Of a DNA stretch of 124,000 nucleotides, positions 74,047 through 86,656 are shown in pieces (the first letter of the stretch is position 1; each line of letters opens with the position of its first letter). The notes beneath the pieces are model-generated. The model searched no databases and was not told the origin of the DNA. It saw only the letters and a program-made list of their open reading frames with translations. Source of the stretch: Octopus vulgaris (lineage: Eukaryota); contig OX597823.1 in NCBI GenBank assembly GCA_951406725.2, forward strand, positions 38,336,001-38,460,000, in the 5' to 3' direction. The translations under genes were made by a program, and so were the position numbers.

Positions 74047-77043
74047 TCATGGAGGCTTTCTAGCAACTGCTATTTGGTGCATGAGAGAGTTCGATGCAGC
74101 TGCCCTCATCTGCCCCTCCTGCCGTGAAGTTGGTTCATCTGGGACACCTGACAGGAAGAGATCCAGCTTCATTTTAAAGACATCTGTATCCACCCCATGC
74201 AGGTCTCTCAGGTTCTTCGGGAGGATATTGAAGAGCTGTGGGCCTCGGAAGCCCAGGCTATCACAGAATCTTGTCCTACATCTTGATGGCAGGTTTGGAG
74301 TCCTAGGCACCACGCAGTGGCGCCCAGTTCTGGCATTTGCGTAACTCTCGATGCCAAAGTTCAGGACACTTCCCTCCAGGATCTTCCAGATGTATATTAT
74401 GGCATATCTTTCCCGCCTACGCTCCAGGGAATATAATTTTAATCTCTTGAGTCTTTCCCAGTAGCTTACATTCTGCATAGAGGCTATCTTCTTTGTGTAG
74501 CTTCGTTGGATCGCCTCAAGTTCTGTGATCAACTTGACACTGGATGGTGACCATAGCTGAGAGCAATAGTCAAAGTGGCTTAGGACAAGTGTCTTCCAGA
74601 GGACCATCATGGTTTCTTGTTCTCTTGTTCTAAAGGTTCTAAGAATCCATCCAGCCAGCCGTCTACATTTCATTGTCAGTTTAGCAACATGTACATGAAA
74701 GGTCGCGTCATCACTCATGTGAATACCCAGGTCACGCACTGATTGTGCCTCTGGGATTGCAATCCCTCCGGGTCCAGTGTATTCATTGGGTATTGCATTC
74801 AGTTTTGCATGCTGATAGTATAAAGCTTGAAACTTTCCAGCATTGAACTGCATGCTATTCTTTTCAGCCCACTTGTATATTTCGTCCAGCTCACATTGCA
74901 GGTGTTTAGTGTCCTCAGGGTTCTGTATTGCCTGTGAAACTTTTGTATCATCTGCATAACTTGTGATCGTGGCTCTCTGCGTGGCTGAGGGCATGTCTGA
75001 GAGGGCCATTATGAACAGTAGTGGTCCCAGAACAGTGCCCTGCGGAACACCGCTCACTATTTGTGTGTTAATGGAGGTGGCCCCATTGGCTACTACCACC
75101 TGACTTCTATCCTTCAGAAAGTCATGAAGCCATTCTCCCAGTTTTCCAACTATGTTGAGATCACGCAGTTTGTGACATATCATTCCATGATCGACTTTAT
75201 CAAAGGCCTTTGCAAAGTCGAGATATATCACTTCCACATTTGAGTGGTTGAGCAGCCGTTTCAGCACCCAGTCATAGTGTTGTAGGAGCTGAGTTAAACA
75301 GCTTCTCCCTGGTCGGAAACCATGTTGGGTGTCGGGCAGCAAGTCATTCTCTTCAAGGAAGGTGATCAGCTTCCTTCTGACTATTCGTTCCATGACCTTG
75401 CTGATGTGTGAGGTCAGAGAGATAGGTCTATAGTTCTTGGCTTCCGCTCTGCTACCTCCTTTATGAATGGGGCATATTTTACCTTCCTTCAGTTTTCCTG
75501 GAAGTTTGCCAGCTGCAAGGAAGCTCTGAAAGAGGAACTGCAGTGGTCTTGCTAGGACTCTCTTACATGCTTTTAGGAGGATTGCCGGGAATCCATCGGG
75601 GCCAGTAGCTGAGTCTGTTTTCATTTCATCTATAGCCTTGGTTACATCGTCTTCCTTTATATCGATGTAATCTATCGTCGCCGCCTCTGATTTTATATCT
75701 GCAGTGGTAAAAAAGTCAGTTGGATTGGTGATTTGGAGATGCCCAAGGGGTGGAGTGAAAACACTCTTGAATTGCTCATTCAGTATTTCACTTACCCTCA
75801 TTGGTTTTCCTGTAAGTGTGCCATCCTTTTCGAGGAGTGGCCCTATTCTACAGTGCACTGTAGCTGTTTCTTTGGCATACCTGTAGAAAGCTCTGGGGTT
75901 AGATTTTATGTTTTCTATAGCCCAGGCTTCTTTGTCTGCTCTTTCTTTTTCATGGGAGAGTTGCAGACATTTTTCGATTTCCAACAGTTTTATTTTTAGG
76001 CGGGACTTTTCACTGCTTTCAATCTGTTTGTTTAGGCGATTTGAAAATTTCGTACGCCGTCTCATTAAAATTTTCCTCTCTCTGGGGATTTTGTTCTTGT
76101 GTACAGTGGCCTTTCTCTCTGGGACACATTTGTAGCATATGGCTTGCATTACAGACATGAATTGTTGAAGTTTCACGTCGATGTCTGGCGAGGAGAGACA
76201 TTTAGGCCAGTTTTGTTTGAGGATCTCTTTCTCAATTTGTTTCCAGTTTGCCTTATGGTAGTTCAAGCTGGAAAGATTTTGAGGGTTTCTTGTAGGCTGC
76301 ATGTCCGTGCTCTCTTTTGGCCCGTACATGGTCAGCTCTATCATGTTGTGATCCGAGAGTAGTGTCGGTGTCACTTTCACATTATGGATGAGATCCATGT
76401 CATTTGTGAAGCAGAGATCCAGTGTGTTACCTGCCCTGGTTGGTTGGAGTATTACCTGCTCCATGTACAGGGTGTTGATGAGGTTCAGGAGGGACCTCGC
76501 CTGTCCTCGTTCACATCTTGTCATTCCTGGGAGAGAAAGGCCCTCGGGCCATCTGACATTGGGCAGATTGAAGTCTCCCATAAGAAGCACACCTATGTGT
76601 TGTTCTAATGTGGTTAGAATTTCTTCTATTTTTATAAGGCAGTCTTCAAACTTGCCCACATGGCTTGGGGCATCTGGAGGGCGATATGTAGCACACACAA
76701 CTACATCAAGTTGCCTAATATGTACAATTAGTGTGTCACACACCGAGTTTGAGTATGACAAGAGGACCTGGGGTGTGAGGTCCTCACGGATGTACATAGC
76801 AACACCTCCATGACTCCTTTCTTTCCTGTCGGTCCGTAGTACAGCATACTGTGGTATGTGTAACTCCGCATCTGCTATGTCCGGTTTCAGGTGCGTTTCT
76901 GTAAGTGCTATGCATAAGGCTTGATTGCATGCAACAAAGTCTCTCAGGAACGGGATCTTTGTCCTGTTACTGAGTGTTTGCAGTCCTCTGATGTTCAGTA
77001 GGAGTATCGAGGTGAGGTGTACGTTGTTGCCGGCGGTGTCCAT
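74047..77043 (-). CDS. LINE ORF2: APE endonuclease plus reverse transcriptase (frame open from GTG 77151, first ATG 77043)
   Basis: LNIRGL, LTETHL, GGVAMY, YRPP, MGDFN, SDHN; [27 protein letters not shown]. Confidence 0.95.
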   Translation of the reverse strand: MDTAGNNVHLTSILLLNIRGLQTLSNRTKIPFLRDFVACNQALCIALTETHLKPDIADAELHIPQYAVLRTDRKERSHGGVAMYIREDLTPQVLLSYSNSVCDTLIVHIRQLDVVVCATYRPPDAPSHVGKFEDCLIKIEEILTTLEQHIGVLLMGDFNLPNVRWPEGLSLPGMTRCERGQARSLLNLINTLYMEQVILQPTRAGNTLDLCFTNDMDLIHNVKVTPTLLSDHNMIELTMYGPKESTDMQPTRNPQNLSSLNYHKANWKQIEKEILKQNWPKCLSSPDIDVKLQQFMSVMQAICYKCVPERKATVHKNKIPRERKILMRRRTKFSNRLNKQIESSEKSRLKIKLLEIEKCLQLSHEKERADKEAWAIENIKSNPRAFYRYAKETATVHCRIGPLLEKDGTLTGKPMRVSEILNEQFKSVFTPPLGHLQITNPTDFFTTADIKSEAATIDYIDIKEDDVTKAIDEMKTDSATGPDGFPAILLKACKRVLARPLQFLFQSFLAAGKLPGKLKEGKICPIHKGGSRAEAKNYRPISLTSHISKVMERIVRRKLITFLEENDLLPDTQHGFRPGRSCLTQLLQHYDWVLKRLLNHSNVEVIYLDFAKAFDKVDHGMICHKLRDLNIVGKLGEWLHDFLKDRSQVVVANGATSINTQIVSGVPQGTVLGPLLFIMALSDMPSATQRATITSYADDTKVSQAIQNPEDTKHLQCELDEIYKWAEKNSMQFNAGKFQALYYQHAKLNAIPNEYTGPGGIAIPEAQSVRDLGIHMSDDATFHVHVAKLTMKCRRLAGWILRTFRTREQETMMVLWKTLVLSHFDYCSQLWSPSSVKLITELEAIQRSYTKKIASMQNVSYWERLKRLKLYSLERRRERYAIIYIWKILEGSVLNFGIESYANARTGRHCVVPRTPNLPSRCRTRFCDSLGFRGPQLFNILPKNLRDLHGVDTDVFKMKLDLFLSGVPDEPTSRQEGQMRAAASNSLMHQIAVARKPP

Positions 77044-77906
77044 CCTGTGTCTGTTTGCTGTGGTGGTCTGGTATATAGTGGGTAGTCCCACCTGCGGGCT
77101 TGGGTTTGATGAAGCCAGGTCAGCTGCTGTACAATCTTTTGTGCCATGCACAAAAAAGATTGTTGCTCAGCAGCTGCTCTTTCGACAACATCATGTTGGC
77201 TGTTTGTGGCGCGCACAACATCTGCGTACCTCCGCTTTGGGGCAGGTGGTGCGTGGTCCATCCCTTTTCTTTGTGTTGATGGTTTGTCCATCTGCCTCGT
77301 GTCTCTGTGGCAGGGTCCCCGATGTGCAAAGCGGCAGCCTGCACCTTCCTTTCCATGCCAGCAGGAACCTCTCAGGTAGAACATACACACCCGTGTGCGC
77401 TGTTTGGTTCCATCCTTTGCGGTTCCACTTCTATTTCTGGTTGTTTCACTCTTTGGTCCTGCTTGAGCTTTTTCTTTTCCTTTAGCTCTTCCAGTCCTTC
77501 TTTTAGTTCTTCTTCCTCCCTCTACCTCTTCACCGGGTTCTCCGTCTCCATGGCCCTTGCTGCCGGTTGGAGAACTTGCACCTGGGTTCACTTCCCGGGC
77601 AGGTTTCTCATTCAAAACCTCCTCCCGGGCGTCCACCAGGTGGGGGTGACTTCTTTCATCGTCTCCATTCTTGCCATCTTTGCCCCGCTCGTTCTCAAAG
77701 ATGGCATCAAGTGCGCCAATGTGCGACCGTACAAGCGCATATGAGCGCACGAATTCCTGTCTCTTTCGCTCCATCTGAGCCGCTGTCCTCTTGTAGCCTC
77801 TGCTCTTCAGCGCAGCCGCAATCACCTCGCTAGGGCTATCTCCGCCGGCGCACTCCCATGCTCGTACGAATAAATCCAGCTCGTCACGTCTCCATGCTCT
77901 GGACAT
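76995..77906 (-). CDS. LINE ORF1, 303 aa: Myb/SANT-like N-terminus, charged linker, CCCH zinc finger
   Basis: WRRDELDLFVRAW...IAAALKSRGYKRTAAQMERK; CMFYLRGSCWHGKEGAGCRFAH. Confidence 0.85.
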   Translation of the reverse strand: MSRAWRRDELDLFVRAWECAGGDSPSEVIAAALKSRGYKRTAAQMERKRQEFVRSYALVRSHIGALDAIFENERGKDGKNGDDERSHPHLVDAREEVLNEKPAREVNPGASSPTGSKGHGDGEPGEEVEGGRRTKRRTGRAKGKEKAQAGPKSETTRNRSGTAKDGTKQRTRVCMFYLRGSCWHGKEGAGCRFAHRGPCHRDTRQMDKPSTQRKGMDHAPPAPKRRYADVVRATNSQHDVVERAAAEQQSFLCMAQKIVQQLTWLHQTQARRWDYPLYTRPPQQTDTGWTPPATTYTSPRYSY

Positions 77907-77959
77907 GCTGGATAATCCGTCTATCCGTTTATCTATCTAATTATGTTCGAGAGAAGACA

Positions 77960-79260
77960 GGAAGATATTAAGGCTAATTAGAAGATAGAGTACTTGAAAA
78001 AGAAATATTAACAATATTAAAGTTTGTGTAAAAACGTTATTTGGGTAAAAACGTTATTTAATCTTAAGGCTAATTAGGGGATAGAGTATCTGAAAATGTA
78101 TTAGCAATATTAATATTATATTAGAGTGTGGATAAAAACGTTGTTTAATCTTAAGGCTAATTAGGAGATAGAGTATCTGAAAATATATTAGCAATATTAA
78201 TATTATATTAGAGTGTGGGTAAAAAAAACGTTATTTAATCTTAAGGCTAATTTGGAGATAGAGTATCTGAAAATATATTAGCAATATTAATATTATATTA
78301 GAGTGTGGGTAATATTAAACGTTATTTAATTTAATCTTAAGGCTAATTAGAAGACAGAGTATCTGAAAAATTATATATACAATATTAAGCAATATTAACC
78401 GTTATTTAATTTAATCTTAAGGCTAATTAGACGTTATTAATATTAAACGTTATTTAATTTAATCTTAAGGCTAATTAGAAGATAGAGTATCTGAAAATAT
78501 ATTAGCAATATTAATATTATATTAGAGTGTGGATAAAAACGTTATTTAATCTTAAGGCTAATCAGGAGATAGAGTATCTGAAAATATATTAGCAATGTTA
78601 ATATTATATTAGAGTGTGGGTAATATTAAACGTTATTTAATTTAATCTTAAGGCTAATTAGAAGATAGAGTATCTGAAGAATTATTAACAATATTAAAAC
78701 AATATTAAACGTTATTTAATTTAATCTTAAGGCTAATTAACAATAATTATTAACAATATTAAACAATATTAAACGTTATTTAATTTAATCCTAAGGCTAA
78801 TTAACAATAATTATTAACAATATTAAACAATATTAAACGTTATTTAATTTAATCTTAAGGCTAATTAACAGTAATTATTAACAATATTAAACAATATTAA
78901 ACGTTATTTAATTTAATCCTAAGGCTAATTAACAATAATTATTAACAATATTAAACGTTATTTAATTTAATCCTAAGGCTAATTAGACGTTATTAATATT
79001 AAACGTTATTTAATTTAATCTTAGGGCTAATTAGAAGATAGAGTATCTGAAAAATTATTAACAATATTAAAACAATATTAAACGTTATTTAATTTAATCT
79101 TAAGGCTAATTAACAATAATTATTAACAATATTAAACAATATTAAACGTTATTTAATTTAATCCTAAGGCTAATTTGACGGTATCAATATTAAACGTTAT
79201 TTAATTTAATCTTAAGGCTAATTAGAAGATAGAGTATCTGGAAAATTATTATATCGAGAA
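77960..79260. repeat. AT-rich tandem array of variable 40-90 bp units upstream of LINE ORF1
   Basis: Core aatcttaaggctaatt recurs about 18 times (counted by eye). Confidence 0.9.
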
Positions 79261-79696
79261 CAGATATTGAAAATGTAAACAAACAAAATGACGATCGCAA
79301 CTTTAACTAAGATGTGGGCCTAAGTGAAAGATAAAATAGAATAATAAATAAAATATGAAATAGATGAAATTGATACTTAATCCAACAATGTGGTCTGGAT
79401 TATTTTTTTTTTTGGTTTACGGGATTTTTTTCAGGAGAGATGCTTCTTTTTCTTTCTTGCAGGAGATAACTTGATTCAGTTATTTTTGCACCATGTGCGT
79501 TTCGGCGAAAATGAAAATTACTGTGTATATGTATATATTTATATATATATTTTTAAAAATATTTTTAACCAAAGTGTTGTAGTGATCTCTATGACTTAGA
79601 GTTTTACGTTTTGCAACTACAGTGGGTTATTTCGCCGTTCTATGCAAACTTTTTCACAGAGCAAAGGCAATCACGTCTTTCTCTGCTGAAAACGGA

Positions 79697-80301
<605 letters not shown>

Positions 80302-80396
80302 TAAAATATTATTAGAGACAAAACCACTATTTTGCAAAACAAACAAGGAAAGACTTAATCAATACATAAAATTTTAATAAATAGTCAAAAAAACCG

Positions 80397-80439
80397 CCAC
80401 TACAATCGTTTCTTGTCTTGATCGACAATCTTCAGGTGG
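80397..80439 (-). ncRNA. Minimal type I hammerhead ribozyme, intact core
   Basis: ccac-CUGAAGA-uuguc-gaucaa-gacaa-GAAAC-gauu-GUA-gugg. Confidence 0.85.
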
Positions 80440-83400
80440 ACTTCAATCTAAAATATCAATATTTTAAAATATACAAATAATAATTTTAAAATAATTAAAG
80501 TATGAATGAAAAAATATAAATATATAATCCATATATAACCTATATATAATCCATATATAATCAATATATAAACAATATATAAACTAAAATAAACCTATCA
80601 ACAATTAAATATAAAATATAAAATATATAATATAAAACAAAACAAAAAAATAATAATAATAATATAATAATAAACTATATATACACCCATACACATATAC
80701 CTAATTATATATAACCATATCTAACTACATACACTAAACCACACACCTATATATATATCCCTATACATACACATAAAAACGTCTAGGCAACTATAAATAA
80801 ATAAAATAGCTAAATACTTCAACACAATACTTATTCATACTCCCACACACACACACATACAACCCACATTCACGCTCTAGAAAACGGACATCACTCAAAA
80901 TTATGAACGGAGAAATAGAATAAATGGAATTAAAAATTATATTCACTTGGTAAAACGAACACTACTTAAAAATTATGAATGAAACAATGCAATAAAACAA
81001 CAGACATCGCAAATATACACAAATTACTACGAATTCCTTAACAAACCTACCATGATAAACCAAAACTCACAAAAACATATAATGATAAAATCTCCCTTTA
81101 CTAATCTATAACATACCTATATAGCAATCCCCCTAACCTAAACATTCACACACAAATACACACACGTAAACCACACACCCACGACATATACAAATACCCA
81201 CACCACTTACACATACCAATACATACATATAAACCTCAACATATACTCCAAAAACCCACTCAACCCCACACAGACAAATAAACACAAAAATTATGAATGG
81301 ATTCTTTTATAAAACTACCATGATAAGCTAAAACTCACAAAACAGAAATGATAAAACCTCCCTTTACTAAACACTATAACATACTTATATAGCAATCCCT
81401 TTAACCTATACATTCACACACAAAAACACACAAGTAAACCACACACCCATAACAAATACAAACACCCACCCCACTCACACACACCCACAAGTACATATAA
81501 ACCTCAACATATACACGAACAAAATTACTTTACCAAGGAACTTAACATATGTATAAAAAGTATAACCGCTCCGGAAACGAACATCTCTAAATTAATGAAT
81601 GGAGAAATGGAATAAATGGAATTAAAAATAATATTCACGTGGCAAAACGAACACCACTCAAAAATTATGAATGAAACAATGCAATAAAACAACCAACATC
81701 GAAAATAGACAAATTACCACGAATTCCCTAAAAAAACCATGATAAACCAAAACTCTTAAAAACATATAACGATAAAATCTCCCTTTGCTAAACTCTATAA
81801 CAAACCTATATAGCAATCCCCCTAACCTAAACATTCACACACAAATACACACACGTAAACCACAGACCCACGACATATACACATACCTATACTAACTTAT
81901 AAACCTCAATATACACCAAAATCCACTCCCTCCACACACAGACAAATTAACACATACATCCCAAAACCTAAATAACAAACCCATATACACATTCACACAC
82001 AAACACACACACAGGCAAAACACACACACACAACAGATACATATACTCCCTCACATATACGCATATACATACTCACTAAACTCGATATATACAACAATAT
82101 TTACACACCCACACTCATACAGATAAATAAATTATACAACTAAAAACTCACATACAATCTCATATACATAAACACTCCTATGAAAACAACATTAAATACA
82201 TCGTAATTAACCAGAATATCAAAAATAACAATATGACATAAGGATAAATAAAATACATACTTACAAGTCAGTTTCAAATTATAAAGTGAAATTAAATTCT
82301 TAGCCGTTAAAAAAATCAAACCAAAATTACGTTACCATAGAAATAACTTATGTAAAAAAAGAATACGCGTCATGGAAAGTAAACGTCATTTAAAATTATG
82401 AATGGAGAAAAAGAATAAATGGAACTAAAAACTATATCCACGTGGCAAACCAACACTACTTAAAAAAATTTATTATGAATGGATTCTTTAAAAAACTACC
82501 ATGAAAAATCATTATATACATTTATGAGCTTTAGCTCACCTTAGCAGCTCTAACAAACAACTTGCAGCAACCCAAACCTATTCTCGATGCCTACCTCACT
82601 ACTACACTATTCCACTCACAATTCCAAGCAACGCTAGTCCACCACCCGGTTACAATTCCCAACTCCACCCATTCATTCACAATTTCAACGACGTTCGCCT
82701 CCACAGCGCTACATATAAGCCTCAACATATACACCGGAGATTCACATCCGTGCGAATGGGTGAGATTAATTCCTTAACAAACCTACCAAGATAAACCAAA
82801 ACTCACAAAACATATAATGATAAAATCTCCCTTTACTAAACTCTATAACATACCTATATAGCAATCCCCCTAACCTAAACATTCACACACAAATACACAC
82901 ACGTAAACCACACACCCACGACATATAGATACCCACACCACTTACACATACCAATACATACATATAAACCTCAACATATACTCCAAAACCCACTCAACCC
83001 CACACATACAAATAAACACAAAAATTATGAATGGATTCTTTTATAAAACTACCATGATAAGCTAAAACTCACAAAACAGAAATAATAAAACCTCCCTTTA
83101 CTAAACACTATAACATACTTATATAGCAATCCCTTTAACCTATACATTCACACACAAAAAAACACACGTAAACCACACACCCATAACAAATACAAACACC
83201 CACCCCACTCACACACACCCACAAGTACAAATAAGCCTCAACATATACACCAAACAAAATTACTTTACCAAGGAACTTAACATATGTATAAAAAATATAA
83301 CCGCTCTGGAAACGAACATCTCTAAATTAATGAATGGAGAAATGGAATAAATGGAATTAAAAATAATATTCACGTGGCAAAACGAACACCACTCAAAAAT

Positions 83401-84815
83401 TATGAATGAAACAATGTAATAAAACAACCAACATCGAAAATAGACAAATTACCACGAATTCCCTAAAAAAACCATGATAAACCAAATCTCTTAAAACCTA
83501 CAACGATAAATCTCCCTTTGCTAAACTCTATAACAAACCTATATAGCAATCCCCCTAACCTAAACATTCACACACAAATACACACACTTAAACCACAGAC
83601 CCACGACATATACACATACCTATACTAACTTATAAACCTCAATATACACCAAAACCCACTCCCTCCACACACAGACAAATTAACACATACATCCCAAAAC
83701 CTAAATAACAAACCCATATACACATTCACACACAAACACACACACACGCAAAACACACACACACAACAGATACATATACTCCCTCACATATACGCATATA
83801 CATACTCACTAAACTCGATATATACAACAATATTTACACACCCACACTCATACAGATAAATAAATTATACAACTAAAAACTCACACACAATCTCATATAC
83901 ATAAACACTCCTATGAAAACAACATTAAATACATCGTAATTAACCGGAATATCAAAAATAACAATATGACATAAGGATAAATAAAAAACATACTTACAAG
84001 TCAGTTTCAAATTATGAAGTGAAATTAAATTCTTAGCCGTTAAAAGAATCAAACCAAAATTACGTTACCATAGAAATAACTTATGTAAAAAAAGAATACG
84101 CGCCATGGAAAGTAAACGTCATTTAAAATTATGAATGGAGAAAAGGAATAAATGGAACTAAAAACTATATCCACGTGGCAAACCAACACTACTTAAAAAA
84201 ATTTATTATGAATGGATTCTTTAAAAAAACTACCATGAAAAATCATTATATACATTTATGAGCTTTAGCTCACCTTAGCAGCTCTAACAAACAACTTGCA
84301 GCAACCCAACCCATTCTCGATGCCTACCTCACTACTACACTATTCCACTCACAATTTTGAGTGATGTCCGTTTTCTAGAGCGTGAATGTGGGTTGTATGT
84401 GTGTGTGTGTGGGAGTATGAATAAGTATTGTGTTGAAGTATTTAGCTATTTTATTTATTTATAGTTGCCTAGACGTTTTTATGTGTATGTATAGGGATAT
84501 ATATATAGGTGTGTGGTTTAGTGTATGTAGTTAGATATGGTTATATATAATTAGGTATATGTGTATGGGTGTATATATAGTTTATTATTATATTATTATT
84601 ATTATTTTTTTGTTTTGTTTTATATTTTATATTTTATATTTTATATTTAATTGTTGATAGGTTTATTTTAGTTTATATATTGTTTATATATTGATTATAT
84701 ATGGATTATATATAGGTTATATATGGATTATATATTTATATTTTTTCATTCATACTTTAATTATTTTAAAATTATTATTTGTATATTTTAAAATATTGAT
84801 ATTTTAGATTGAAGT

Positions 84816-84858
84816 CCACCTGAAGATTGTCGATCAAGACAAGAAACGATTGTAGTGG
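84816..84858 (+). ncRNA. Minimal type I hammerhead ribozyme, identical to 80397-80439; predicted cleavage after 84854
   Basis: Stem I ccac/gtgg, core CTGAAGA at 84820-84826, stem II ttgtc/gacaa, GAAAC at 84843-84847, GTA at 84852-84854. Confidence 0.85.
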
Positions 84859-85033
84859 CGGTTTTTTTGACTATTTATTAAAATTTTATGTATTGATTAA
84901 GTCTTTCCTTGTTTGTTTTGCAAAATAGTGGTTTTGTCTCTAATAATATTTTATAATATTTTACTATAAAATTGGATTTAATCCTAAATCTGATTTTTTT
85001 CCCTGTAAATTTGGATTTATTCCCTAATATTTA

Positions 85034-85626
<593 letters not shown>

Positions 85627-85888
85627 CTTTGATACTTTGATAGGTTTCGGCCATTATTGGCCCAGGCCATGTCTAACTTAATAGCACCACCTGGTGAAGT
85701 CTTTCAAATCAGAATTTGGGCACTATGGCCCACTCAAGTAGAGAGTTATTGTTTACAGAGACATATCCGGGTGTAGGGGGTTTATCCGGGATTTCTTGAA
85801 GGAATCTGTCCAAAGACTTCTTGAACCCTATAGGGTCAGTTTCTGTTTTAATGTGTTTTGGTGTAATGTTAAAGAGAGCGGGGGATAT
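85627..85888 (-). mobile_element. 3'-terminal fragment of a different CR1-group LINE between microsatellites
   Basis: [35 protein letters not shown] resembles the ORF2 C-terminus [10 protein letters not shown]...[12 protein letters not shown]. Confidence 0.8.

Positions 85889-86656
<768 letters not shown>

Larger units (their letters stand above)
73957..77906 (-). mobile_element. Full-length CR1-group (Jockey superfamily) LINE with intact ORF1 and ORF2 and an (AATC)n tail
   Basis: Two long uninterrupted ORFs; 3' stem-loop at 73986-73999; microsatellite tail at 73957-73978; 5' UTR probably extends to about 79.3 kb. Confidence 0.95.
80302..84954. mobile_element. Non-coding fold-back element with about 600 bp TIRs, two hammerhead ribozymes and an internal tandem duplication (Penelope-like or retrozyme-like)
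   Basis: 80302-80902 is the reverse complement of 84353-84954; 81032-82767 is repeated as 82768-84352; the plus strand is A/C-rich and G-poor. Confidence 0.8.

Noticed and set aside
77960-79260. CRISPR-like appearance of a recurring core with variable intervals
   Set aside because: The intervals are themselves repeated, there are no unique spacers or cas genes, and the context is eukaryotic
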